In this document: one piece after another, positions 20,886 through 33,258 of the stretch | How positions within the stretch are numbered: the first letter of the stretch is position 1 | Layout of the letters: each line of letters begins with the position of its first letter | Made by a program: the position numbers and the translations under genes | Notes under the pieces: generated by a model | The model's database searches: none | Told to the model about the DNA's origin: nothing | The model's input: the letters and a program-made list of their open reading frames with translations, nothing else | Assembly: GCF_902713615.1 (NCBI RefSeq) | Contig: NC_052158.1 | Location: 39,237,729-39,301,728 of the forward strand | Length of the DNA stretch: 64,000 bases | Source: Scyliorhinus canicula | Taxonomy: Eukaryota | Direction of reading: 5' to 3'

Positions 20886-23850
20886 TTGTGCAGTGTACTC
20901 GCTGAACAGTCGGTCTGTGCTCTCTCAACAGTCGTTCTGTGCTCTCTGTGTGGCGTCGTCTTCTTCTTGGGTATTTGACAGGTTGCTGTCATCCAATGTA
21001 TCAACAATCTCCCATGGCATCATGGTATTGGATTTATCTACCATAAGTAGAGTCATGTTGAGCTTTGCAACCGTGTTGCTGATGCTGCGATCAGCATATC
21101 CGAATAACTCAGCCATGTCCGAGTCGTATTGTGTGTGTATTGTTCGGTCGACAAACCATCTCTTTTTGTTTTGGAGTTGTTACCGTTCTCGTCATGTTCA
21201 ATGTACAAATCACCTTCTTGGGTTTCGGATTTGCCATTGTGCCACTTTGGGTGGTACAGACTGCTTGCTCCAGGGTGTTGTGAAAGTTATTTTCAACTGC
21301 TGGTGTAAGTTCGGGCATTGTTCTGTCTTTTGAGGCAAGAAAATTGAGTTTTACAGCTTTACATTTCTTTTTGTTCATTTACGTGTATTTTGCTTTTAAG
21401 TGGGCGTGGTCCGGGTCCTCTGACATCATGACGCTCATGACGTCATGCGTAGAAGTCGATTGCGCGTGCGCAATTAGAGTTTCCTTTACTGCGCGCTCTT
21501 TTCGCAACTGTGCATGCGCGGCTTCCCGAGTGGATTTTGCCGTTTTCCTTCTTTTTGAGAAGTGCGCATGTACGTACTGGCCGGAACGTTCTCTCTCAAG
21601 ATGGCTGCCAATCAGAAAGTGCTGTTGCATCGAGTGAGAATCTGCCTCTGCCTCGTCGTGAGTGTTTGCGCCATTTTTACCGATTTTGTTTTCTAGATAC
21701 TGATTCTGTGTTTGTAAAGACTCACAGTATTGATTTTGTTTTTGTTCATAAGCAAGTCATTTTTGTACAGCAATTTCTAGAGTTAGATACCTATCTTGTG
21801 AAATTTTTTCCTTCAAATTTTTGTCAGATAGTTCATAAATTAATTGATCCATTATCAGTGTCTCTGAAATCAGCATAATCACAGCCTTGTGATATTAACT
21901 TGAGGTTTGTAATAAAATCAGTGATGGGTACTCCGTTTCTCTGGCATTTACAACAAGAGTTAAATCTTTCCAGCATCTCACCAGACTGACTCTAACAGTG
22001 TTCATCACATTTTTTGAGTATTACTTTTAATTTGGAGTTGGCTTCACCTTCTCAGTAATTAAAGCAATTATAGATTTCTCTAGCTTCATGCCCTTCTATT
22101 GAGAGTAGTCGTGCTATTTTTGTTGCATCAGAGACCGTGCTTAAATTATTAGCTGCAATAAATATTTGGAATATCTGTTCAAATCTTTTCCAGTCATAAA
22201 TTAAATTACTGGTTGTTTCCAGCTGCCCTGGAGGCCCAATGAGTCTCATAGTTAGTCGTCGAGTATCCATTTGTTGCAAAGTCTTCCATAATCGAATGTC
22301 TGGTCTGAATTTTATTCTCTTTTTGTCGAATCTAATCTAACTAGTTCTGTTAAATCTAATATGCCTGGTACCATGTTTTGTTACCTGTGTGGTAGGTAAC
22401 ATGTGCTACTCAAACCTTGGTTAGTGATGAGGTCTTCTGAATCTCGATGAAGAAGACTCAAACTCATCCAGTAGTAACAAAAGGTTTACTGAGTAACTTT
22501 AATAGTAAGTGCATGAGTTATTTCCTTTAACTTTGATACTGGTGATAAGGTTAACAAGATATAACTAGAGTAACTATAAGTAACTCCACTAGCCATCTGA
22601 ACTAGTCTGCTATTGCCCTGGTTACAGTGCACCCAAGAGAGACCCAGAGACCCAATATGGTTGCCTTTTATACCCCTGTTGGTCCGGCCCTCTAGTGATC
22701 ATGTGGTGCTACTGATTACACATTAACCCCTTGTGTACATGCACATATAGAGATCACTACAAGGTGGACGGAGGGGATTGCAGAGTGAAGGACCGAGGCT
22801 GCTGAAGGCAAAGCCCCCAGTGTGGGCCAATTATAATCCCTGATACCGGAGATGTCAGAATTAGAGGAACGCAGAGATCACACAGAGTTAGTGGAGCTGG
22901 AAGAGGTTACAGAAACAGGAAGGGGCAAAGATATGGAGGGTTTACAATTTCTTTAACAAGTATTTTTATTGAAGTTTTTCATTTTAACAAATAACCCAAC
23001 AAAACTACAGGAAAGCTACAGCTCAGCAAATATGTCTTGACGCACATGGATATGGAGGGGAACAGCGACAAAACTGACTCAATATAATTATTAGACTAAA
23101 CCAAGGGAACAATGGAGACCAGGATCAGGCCATGAAATTATGGTAAATGTTTCACCCCTTCCCATTCAGCAATTGTCCACAACTACCACGAGAATTGAGG
23201 ATATCACGCCATGTTCAGGTGGGCCTGATACATACCTCCCTCAACTTCAGCAACATCAGAGGCACCAATGACACACTGTAACCCCCTCCCCTCGGATAAC
23301 AGACCTGGCTGTACCCCTGCGGGAGCCAAACAAGGATTCTTTAACCCCGTCACAACAAAAATAGAGAAAATATAAAGTAAATTTGTGAGATCTCCAGGAG
23401 GATATTTTACATAAACCACAAGACGCAACATAATCCCAACCTCAGGCAGAGTTTAGAATGATCATCAGTCCACATATTTATACAAGAGGACCAGCAGCTA
23501 TAGATTCGGATTATAGACGGTATGGTCAGCTCTTCCCAACAACTTCATCCAGACAGGATAAAAGAAAACCGGAAAATTACCAGGAGCAGAGGGTCGTGAA
23601 AGAATTAAGGGTCCATATTCCTTTGGCACAACCCACCACCAAATGAAGAAGAAGAGAAAAGGCTGCTCGTTCAGGCAGGACATCCCAGCCATAAGGCGGG
23701 GTGGGGGGCAATAGGATATCGAGCACTGAGCAGGACCCGGCTCAACCCCACACCCTCGGGCACTATGGTGTCAGTGAACCAAAGACACTCAAAACACATT
23801 AAAACTCAGCCTCAGGGTATCCCTAATGAGTGCCTTCGAGAAGAGATGTC

Positions 23851-24180
23851 CCACGGTAGCATGGTGGTTAGCATCAATGCTTCACAGCTCCAGGGTCCCA
23901 GGTTCGATTCCCGGCTGGGTCACTGTCTGTGTGGAGTCTGCACGTCCTCCCGGTGTGTGCGTGGGTTTCCTCCGGGTGCTCCGGTTTCCTCCCACAGTCC
24001 AAAGATGTGCGGGTTAGGTGGATTGGCCATGCTAAATTGCCCGTAGTGTAAGGCTAATGGGGGGATTGTTGGGTTACGGGTATACGGGTTACGTGGGTTT
24101 AAGTAGGGTGATCATTGCTCGGCACAACATCGAGGGCCGAAGGGCCTGTTCTGTGCTGTACTGTTCTATGTTCTATGTTC
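23851..24180 (+). mobile_element. tRNA-derived SINE with CR1-type tail
   Basis: Same family as 4651-4920; its 3' end matches the CR1 3' end at ~39465-39530. Confidence 0.9.
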
Positions 24181-24869
24181 AAACATCAGGGGACAACAGG
24201 ATACCAGCCACAGCACTGGGCCTAATCCGGCACAATCTTAAACAAAGGAGTCAGGACACCCAGCACACGTCAAGACCCACCACCCAGCCGGCCCCACCCT
24301 TCACTAACCAACATCCAGGGCTGTGCAAATCTACTCCCAAACTGTTATAATCCCCTGGAGACCCATGGGGATGACCTATTTAATCTCCCAAGAGGTCCAT
24401 CCGCAGGCTCGTTAATTCCCCAGGATAAAACCCAGCCCAGGAAGGAGCCGGGTTTCCAGAATAGTCCCGGCTGGGAATTGGACTGTCGCTTCTATTGACT
24501 TTTCCCAAACCAAGGATTGGAAATACATAATTTATGACTCTCTTTTCCGGATTCTTCCTTGACTACCAAACAAATCGAAGAAAGGCTCTTTAATATCTTG
24601 GATGGAGTGAACATATGAACATAGGGATTAGGAACAGAAGTCGGTAATTCAGCCCTTTGAGTCTACTCCGTCATTCAGTCAGATCAAGGCTGATCTCTTC
24701 CTGGTCTCAAATTCACCTCCCCACCTGTTCCCCATATCCCTTCAACCCATTTTTTATCTGAAATATATCACCATATCAGAAATATGGTGACCACCAAGCA
24801 GAGAAACTACAGAAGTATTTACTAACAGAATAACGATATACAGTGAATGATAATGATGTTACCGCTGAC

Positions 24870-27800
24870 CAGTGGCGGACTGGGTCTAAAATATTGGTTG
24901 CCAGAAGACAAAGAGGGCCCACCCACAACTACAATGCTATCATTTAATTTTCATAACTAATAAATAAAATTTTCAAAAAATACATATGGAAAAAAGGGTA
25001 CAATTAAAATGTTTGTGGAAAAAATGTGTATTTCTTAGTAATTACAGTGTACATGTACTGTACATATTACTGGCTGTAGATACCAAATGTAAATACACAA
25101 TGTTATAATTGAATTTTTTATTTATTGTTTTAAATTTTAAGTAATTGGTTGATATTTTCAAATAGTTTACTGCACAATTTACACATTAACAGATAGTTCA
25201 AAAGCACAATAGAGCATTGCATGCAGTCCACTATATTAAGAGCAATCGTTTGTGTTCGCTAGATGATTGTGCGAATCTGCCAATAATTGCTTCTGCATCC
25301 AATTCATCTAACAATTCCTTTTCAATGGATAGCAACATGTATGATTCCAAATTCTCCTCAGACAGCGAATTTCTTAACCTTGTCTTTATGATCTTTAGCT
25401 TTGAAAATGTCCTCTCACATTGGACTTGAGTAACTGATAGTGTGCAGATGACTTTATAAAGTTCATAAAGGTTATCATATGCCTTGTCATGAAGTCTGTT
25501 GGATGCCAGAATTTTTAGTACACACGATGGGCAAGTGCTGCAAATTTTACAATTGTTGCAACCGGAATCCATATTCTCACCATCATTAAGCAATAGCTTT
25601 AATACATCAAAGTTTGAAGCAAAAGAAAACAATTCCAATATTACTTGATCTTTGCTGATTTGTGGAATCAGCTTAATAATACCTTCCAATGCTTCATCTT
25701 CAAGGCCCTCCTCTGCAATAGTTATAAACTTTGCTGGGTCCAAGTAGGACAAACCTTTATACAACTGTTTGTGTTGTACAAAGCGTGATTCTAGTGACTG
25801 GACAATGTGATCCATTATTAGGTTAAACACATTTACTCTAAAATCAGCTAGAGAATCTGAGGAATTTCTTACATCATCAATAAGCTCATCTGCCATTCTT
25901 TTCTTCTTCCTCTGCCTCTTAACTGGCAATGCTGTTTCCAACGCATCAATTTCCAATGTTTGATTTTCATCCATATTCATCTGTGAAATCCTGTCATTAC
26001 ATTTATTTACAAATTCCAAAGCCTTCCTGTGAACGTTATCAAATGTTCTTGTCTGTTCGTTCAACTTTGTTGTAGCTGAATGTACCAAACTCCATGCAGT
26101 AAACATATCTAAACCACTTGTCTGTAGATAACTTGATAACAGGGTTGTAGTTTCAAATATCTACAAGTAAGTAAATGCTGTCAATATGGTTTCAAACTTT
26201 AGAAGACTTTGAAGTAATTTTTTGTTTTGTTTTTGCATCAAACTTTTCTGAATCTTGTATTATTGATAAGCATGTCAATAGATTTACAAAGTACTGGCAG
26301 CATCAAAACGTCCAAATATAGTTGTTGCTGCATTGGATTTTCCTGACCATCTGATCTCACCAATTAGCTTTAATCGTTTCATTTTTTCTTGTCCTAGATG
26401 TTTTCCAACAACTTCTATCCATACAGCCATTCTCTTGTATGATGCTTTCACAAAAGTTGCTATATTCTGGAGCAAATTGAAAAAAGAAACTGCAGGCACA
26501 CAACATTTTGTTGTTTCAGTTATCACCAAATTCAAGACATGGGCATAGCACCATATATGAACATGTTGATCAGCCACATCAGCAATTTTACTTTGTAAAC
26601 CATTATATTGGCCATGGTAACTTGCAGCACCATCTGTGCTATCAGATAAACATTTTTGGGGGTCAATTTTAAGATGCTATAATGTTTCAATCAATAGATC
26701 AAAAAGTCCCTGTCCTGTACCATCATTACTTGGCACAACTGAAAGTAGTCGCTCACAGATAATACCTTTAAGCACATACCGAATAATAATGCTAAACTGA
26801 TCGATGGATGAATTATCTTGTGTTGAATCAACCTGAATAGAATAATATTTTGCTTGAGAAACTTCATGACTAATTCTTTCTTGTATCATATTCTTAAAAA
26901 TTTTGATTACCATGTTTATAGTTGTTTTACTCAGGTATGTAACAAGTCCACCACGGCCTTTACTTTGAGCCTTTCCTTGTTGCTCTAATCGTTTGATTCT
27001 TTGTTTAGAATTGTTTTGCACTGCAGAAACATGAGCTGCCATAATGGGGTCATATTTTGCCATCAACTGCACTGTAGCTAAAAAATTGCCATGATTCAGA
27101 ACCTCATTATCTAGAGTGTAGGCCGATTCATTTCTGTGACCTCGAAAAGGAAGTGCTTGCTTGCCTAACATCTTTATGATGTCTATAATCCTCATGACAA
27201 TACTTCTCTGCTTCAATACTTCTTTCCTTTTAATTAGTGATGCTGCAAAAAATTTATCTAAGGTGCCATCATTAACCACACTGATATATTGCTGAGCATT
27301 TCTGACATGTGTTGTTGGTGATTTATGTAAAGTCAAGCTCTGGCTAATACGCCTGTAGTCACTAAAGCCACGTACAAAGAGTAATGGATTACAAGTGTTG
27401 GGAAACTCAAAGTCTAAGCAGTATGAACAATATAAGCATCTATTTTCTTTGTTATATGTTAGCCATTTTCTTGGGACTGAGTCATTCATAATTTTCCTCT
27501 CATACAAACGAGCATCAAATGGCAGATCATCAAGTGGCTGAAGTGGATGTTCAGCAAAAAACTGTTTTAGCTTTGCTCGTGATGGATATTGGAAGATTCC
27601 AGTAATTGATCTTTCATTTTCTTGCGTAGGTTCATTTACAGGATGTGCTTCAGAAACCAAGTCATTTATGCTTGAAGAAATATCTGATTCCCTGTCACTA
27701 GTTGAAGCTATGTGTTCAGATGTTGCAACTACAGGCAGTACAGATACCGGAACAAGGAAGCCAGAAGAAATATTGAGCCTGGGTTGATTAGTAATGGATG

Positions 27801-29244
27801 CATCTGTATTTGACTCTACATTCAAAGTAGCTCTTCTCTGTTCTTGTAACTTGCATGTCATTGCATCATCACCATGAGCATTGTTTCTTGCTTCTTGATT
27901 ATTTGTTGCAGAACTGGATATTGATGTGGATTGTGCTTGTGGTATTATAAACTCTGTAATAGGCCTGCATCGCTTGGCTGATTCCTTCCTTTCTGCTTCT
28001 TTTTGTTCTTTGCGTTTTAGTGACCCAGATTTATGCTTTTTCTTTTCCATGCTGGTCGGGGTAATATTCCTGAAATAAAAACCTAATTAAAAATAGCACA
28101 CATTGGTAAAAATGAATATTGATGATTGCAAGAATAACTTGAAGGAACGCCAGATAAACCCCTACTTGATAAAAAATATAAAATAACTTACTTACACTTC
28201 AATAGACTATGTTCATTAGTCAATACTACTGTGGCCTATGCAGCTTCAGAAGAGGAGACAATCCACTGTCCAGTGTTCACACCAGCAAGCAACTGAGACA
28301 ACTGTTGAAACTTAGAAGTTTGGTCCGACTATAGTAAGACATTAAGAATGGTCCCACGACCAAAGTTAACATGTCCAGTTTGATACCAGTGTAGTGTTAC
28401 AAGTCGCAACCCTTTGAGTTTACCGATCATGGCTTATCACTTCAATATCTTTGACCTCATGATTCACGGTCAAAGGTACTTCTCATTTTCGGTGACCTCA
28501 CAACCCTATGTACTGCTTGATATCCTTTCAAGTTGCCGACCATCTCAAATCACGAACTGTAACTTTATCTTTAAATTCACACACTCTTGCTGAAAACGTG
28601 GATTTCCAACTATGTCTGACCCGGGTGAACCAGCCCCCCACCCTCCCCACTCCTTTTCACATCCATTTAACACTGCTTCGTTCCTTCATACACTGAGTGA
28701 TTATTTGTTTGTTTCTTTATTGCATTTTTATTTGGTATTTCTCTTTTTAAAAACAATTATATTTTATTAAGTTAGAATACAAATCTCAGGAAAGAAGTTG
28801 GAGATTTATTTATCTAATTAATTATAATTTTTAAGGGCCCTTCAGAGATTCACGGGCTCCTTCTTGGCTCTCCGGTCCCCGGACCAATGTACCGGCTGAA
28901 ACAAGACTACTGCTTTATATCTTTTGAAGTGGCCGACCATCTCAAATCACGAATTGTAACTTTACCTTTAAATTCACACACTCTTGCTGAAAACATGGAA
29001 TTTCCTTAATTATGCCCGACCCGGGCCCCCCTATTCCACATCCTCCACTACCTCCCCTGCTTCGTTCCTTTTCATGCACTGCTTATTTGTGTCCTGTTCT
29101 CTTTTTTTTTCTTATTCCTTTTTATTACTAAAACAGTTGTCTGTGTTTGTTTCTTTATTGCATTTTTATTTGATATAGGGGGCTCACTTCATCAGGGGCC
29201 CACTTGCCATTGGGCAAGCTGACACCCTGGCCAGTCCGCCACTG
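24870..29244 (-). mobile_element. hAT DNA transposon, full-length, inactivated
   Basis: Perfect 14-bp TIRs CAGTGGCGGACTGG / CCAGTCCGCCACTG; transposase on the minus strand; no matching 8-bp TSD found. Confidence 0.9.
25231..28050 (-). pseudogene. hAT transposase (TTF-type zinc finger, DUF4371-like region, hATC dimerisation domain)
   Basis: ORFs 26677..28050, 26284..26577 and 25231..26106; motifs IQVDSTQD, STDGAA, CYAHVLNL, CERTFSKLKIIKTRLRN; stops at 26677 and ~26161, frameshift(s) at ~26220-26290. Confidence 0.9.
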
Positions 29245-29466
29245 AACAGGAGGTTCAGCACCCTGGGTGGGAGGATAGGGGCAGTGATCCTGTCATTCTG
29301 TTCCCATGCTGCCCCTTCAGGATGTTAATGTGGGGAGTGTCCAGAATCTGGGATGATACTCAGATCACCAGCTCTCCATCTCTGAGCCCCTCTTGATGTG
29401 AGTGAGGCATTAGGACAGCTATGAAGATGATGGTGGGGTTACTGGGAGGATGTGTGTGAGGAACCC

Positions 29467-30135
29467 GGGCCGGGATCCTCCGATCCCATGCCGGGTCGGA
29501 AAATCGTTGTTTGGAGGGGGTGTGAGAAGCGCGCTACGCTGCTCCAACGCTCCAACTCCGGCCCGCTGATTCTCGGGCTCCCGCGGGATTCCCGTCGCGC
29601 CGGTCGGGGGCTGCTGAAAGTGGCGAGTGCCCGCCGGGTTCAGCCGAGTCCCACCGGCGTTGTTTACATCTGGTCTCACCCGGCGGGACCTCGGTGCCCT
29701 GTCCTGTTGGGGGGGGGGGGGGGGGGGCGGGGGGGGGGGGGGGGGCGGGGGGGGGGGCGGGGGGGATCCAACTCCGGGAGGGGGGCGTGGGTGCCATCCA
29801 CGTTGGCCTGGCCCGTGATCGGGGCCTACCGATTGGCGGGTGGGCTAATTTTGTGGGTGTCTATGTTCTTCTGTGCCGGGCCCCTGTAGGGCTCCTCCAT
29901 ATTGCCCGGGGGCGGCGCAGAGACACAAACCCATGCTTATGCGCGGAATCCCGCCAGCCATGGCGCACATGCGCGGACTCATGCCAGCTGTGTCACAGCG
30001 GAAACCACTCCGGCGCCTTACTAGCCCCCTAGGAAGGGGTGAATACCTGACACTGGAGGCCCGTTGACGCCGGAATGGCTCGCACCGCTTTTCAATCTGG
30101 CATCAGAACTTGGCCGCGGGATTGGAGAATCCCAG
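29467..30135. mobile_element. GC-rich Harbinger-like MITE
   Basis: Ends GGGCCGGGATCCTCC / GGAGAATCCCAGC resemble the TIR family at 34504-35721; boundaries approximate. Confidence 0.6.
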
Positions 30136-30544
30136 CTCCGGTCTGATCTGTCGGCTGGTGAGGAACCTCGAACAGTTCAAGTACTTGCTCCGTGTCCTTC
30201 AGCGCCACTGGACCACATCAGATGTATGTTTACCCTTTGGTGGGAAATGTGTTCATTCCAGAATTGAGGAACGTTCTGGTGGCTCAACGTGACAAACACC
30301 TTGCCGGGAGAGAGGGGGGGGGGGGGGGGGGGGGGGGCATCGGGGGTGGAATTCTCTGGGTCGTCCCGTCACTAGCGAGAATCACAATGTTCCGTTGAAT
30401 CAGTCGTGAGGCCAAACCCATTGTGAGTCTCCCGGCCCCGCCCACCGGCCCGACTCCTGTCAAATCCCGTGTCCCAACCAACGCGATTCATGTCACTGCC
30501 AGGAGGGGCAGATTCTGCCCAATGTGTTCACTGTTGGGGGGGGG

Positions 30545-31078
30545 GGGGGTCGAGGATCCCAGTGTCTCCTCTCTTTACACTGGAGCTGCTGGACGAGGTC
30601 TCTACAATCTCACTGTGAGGGGGGGAGTCCAGGGTCCCAGTGTCTCCTCTCTTTACACTGGGGCTGCTGGGCGAGGTCTCTACAATCTCACTGTGAGGGG
30701 GGAGTCCAGGGTCCCAGTGTCTCCTCCCTTTACACTGGAGCTGCTGGGCGAGGTCTCTTCAATCTCACTGTGAGGGGGGAGTCCAGGGTCCCAGTGTCTC
30801 CTCTCTTTACACTGGAGCTGCTGGACGAGGTCTCTTCAATCTCACTGTGAGGGGGGAGTCCAGGGTCCCAGTGTCTCCTCTCTTTACACTGGAGCTGCTG
30901 GACGAGGTCTCTTCAATCTCACTGTGAGGGGGGAGTCCAGGGTCCCAGTGTCTCCTCTCTTTACACTGGAGCTGCTGGACGAGGTCTCTTCAATCTCACT
31001 GTGAGGGGGGAGTCCAGGGTCCCAGTGTCTCCTCTCTTTACACTGGAGCTGCTGGACGAGGTCTCTTCAATCTCACTC
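30545..31078. repeat. 77-bp minisatellite, ~7 copies
   Basis: CTGTGA recurs at 30613, 30691, 30768, 30845, 30922 and 30999. Confidence 0.95.
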
Positions 31079-31595
31079 TTACTGCTTCCCATCTCAGCAT
31101 CAGAGACATCAGTTACACATTTGCAACTATCAGGGTCACCACCTGGACATTAAAGCACTGTGTTGTCAGGAAGCGAGACCTCTGCCTATATCTCAGAATG
31201 ATGACTGATCTCCGAGATCTATCAGCCAGTCTAAGTAGCCACTAGCTCTGCATTCCCCGCAGCCCCACCAGGGGCAATGGAATAAAACATTTTTTTTTCA
31301 CGCTTTGCTTTATATATCTGCTGTCATTACTGGACACATTGGTTCTGCACATGTATAATGGGTTATTGGGCCGTGGAAGTGCCAATTGGGCATTTAAGGA
31401 GTGGAAGTGCAGAATTCAGTACTGGTGTATTTGGGCATGGGGAATCGGTGGGGGGGGGGGGGGGGGGGGTAACCTGGGCATGGGAGTCATGAGCAACCAG
31501 GGGATGGATGGAGGGCGTGAGGTGGCATGATTGCGATGTGGAGAGTGTGCAGGAAGAGTGAGGGCCGGATGATTTTGGTGCTTTCATTTTAACTA

Positions 31596-31913
31596 GGCAG
31601 CACGGTACCACAAGGGATTAGCACTGGTTTCATAGTGCCAGGGTCCCAGGTTCGATTCCCTGCTGGGTTACTGTCTATGCAGAGTCTGCACGTTCTCCCC
31701 GTGTCTGCATGGATTTCCTCCGGAGTGCTCCGGTTTCCTCCCACAGCTCAAAGAAGTGCAGGTTAGGTGGATTGGCCATGATAAATTGCCATTAGAGACC
31801 AAAAAAAGTTAGGAGGGGTCATTCAGTTACGGGCACGGGTGGAATGAGGGCTTAAGTGGGTCGGTGCAGACACGATGGGCTGAATGGCCTCCTTCTGCAC
31901 TGTATGTTCTATG
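31596..31913 (+). mobile_element. tRNA-derived SINE
   Basis: GGCAGCACGGT head, GTTCGATTCC B-box, CR1-type tail. Confidence 0.88.
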
Positions 31914-32173
31914 ATCCCACAGCAGCAAGGTGCATATTTTAAACAGCCCATTTCTGCACTTGGCAGCCCTTGTGCCTTCCTCAGACCTCATCCCCAGGTC
32001 ACTTGGTCTGTTCCAATCCCCAAACGCCCCCCCCCCCCCCCCCCCCCCCCCATCCCAGCAATTTGCAGCCACTTTCCCCTGAGGTACATGGTCAGTCAGG
32101 GATTTTCACAATCCCTGCTCCCTGCCTCCAGGATGAACTGTATTCCTGAATAGTCTTGTTTCCCATTCAGAAT

Positions 32174-32240
32174 CTCAACCTATCTGATTTTAATCTTCCT
32201 GGTAACTAGTGACAATTGACTGCTTTTCTTTTAATTGGGT
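32174..32240 (+). promoter_or_regulatory. MHC class I S-X-Y promoter module
   Basis: CTCAACCT 32174-32181, 12-nt spacer, TCTTCCTGGTAACTAGTGAC 32194-32213, 20-nt spacer, ATTGG 32234-32238. Confidence 0.7.
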
Positions 32241-32416
32241 ATTTTCCCACGATGAACCAATCAGTTAACCTCTCCTTCAGTCTGAGTTCAGGAAGTTTCA
32301 AGGTTCAATGTAAACAGTAAAATGGAGACTCCGTGGACTTGTTGGTTTCATAAGTTTCCTCCTCAGAGAGTTTGATTCCCAGTCACTGATTGGAACAGGG
32401 ACAGTGGATTCCCAGA

Positions 32417-32468
32417 ATGTCCCTGATCCTTTTCTCCATCTCCCTGTGTTTTCCCTGGGTCTCTCCTG
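32417..32468 (+). CDS. MHC class I-like gene, exon 1 (signal peptide MSLILFSISLCFPWVSP)
   Basis: ATG, hydrophobic leader, phase-1 donor G|GTAAGT that matches exon 2. Confidence 0.8.
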
Positions 32469-32844
32469 GTAAGTACAGAATTCACTCTTCCATTCTCACT
32501 CTCTCTCTCTCTGGGGTTAATGTGAATCTTTTGGGGAGAGTTTGAAATGGGTGATATTTGATCAGATGCCTGTTATACAGCCAGCCTGATATCTGACACC
32601 ATTGAAGTCAGCACAGTGTGTCAGACTCTGATGGGATTTGTGTCCAGCTCTCCTGACAGCAGGATGTAGAAACTCCCGGATCAGAGAACCATTACCCAGC
32701 CCCATGACCTCAGTACTGCTGATCAACAGACCTTTAAAGATGGACGTAGACACTGAGACTCCAGCGACAGTTATGGGGGAACAGGTTTATCATTACTGGG
32801 TCCAGCCATTGAGGTTGAAGAACACTGTGACCCGGTTAACCACT

Positions 32845-33075
32845 TACACAGGGGAGGCACTAAAATCAAGTCTTACACAGGAGGGGCACTAAAATCGTCT
32901 TACACAGGAGAGGCACTAAAATCAAGTCGTACACAGGAGGGGCACTAAAATCAAGTCTTACACAGGAGGGGCACTAAAATCAAGTCTTACACAGGAGAGG
33001 CACTAAAAATCAAGTCTTACACAGGAGGGGCACTAAAATCAAGTCTTACACAGGAGAGGCACTAAAAATCAAGTC
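32845..33075. repeat. ~30-bp minisatellite (CTTACACAGGAGGGGCACTAAAATCAAGT)
   Basis: Tandem copies visible directly. Confidence 0.92.
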
Positions 33076-33081
33076 TTACAA

Positions 33082-33258
33082 CACCAGGTTAAAGTCCAAC
33101 AGGTTGTTTCAAATACGAGCTTTCGGAGCGCAGCTCCTTCCTCAGGTGACTGCCCTCCGAGAGCCCGTGTTTGAAACAAACCTGTTGGACTTTACCCAGA
33201 TGTTGTGAGACTTCTTACTGTGCTCACCCCAGTCCAACACCGACATCTCCACATCATG
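33082..33258. mobile_element. Short Penelope-like terminal fragment with inverted arms
   Basis: AAAGTCCAACAGGTTGTTTCAAA and TTTGAAACAAACCTGTTGGACTTT are inverted copies; the family assignment is from recall only. Confidence 0.45.

Larger units (their letters stand above)
4457..22761 (-). mobile_element. Gypsy element B, non-autonomous (internally deleted); hosts two nested insertions
   Basis: 5' LTR 22374-22761; 3' LTR 4457-9006, interrupted; 5-bp TSD AGGTG (4452-4456, 22762-22766); PBS TGGTACCAGG (22364-22373); PPT 9007-9018; gag N-terminal remnant ~21900-22279; no RT or RNase H recognisable. Confidence 0.85.

Noticed and set aside
22950-24620. Possible L1/Tx1 3' remnant on the minus strand
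   Set aside because: It has a poly-A-like end but no convincing protein motif, so it was left uncalled.
24862-29252. 8-bp TSD for the hAT element
   Set aside because: The flanks CCGCTGAC and AACAGGAG do not match.
30545-31078. CRISPR-like regular arrays (also 190-610, 35100-35650, 57425-57942)
   Set aside because: Units are head-to-tail with no unique spacers, there are no cas genes, and the context is vertebrate.
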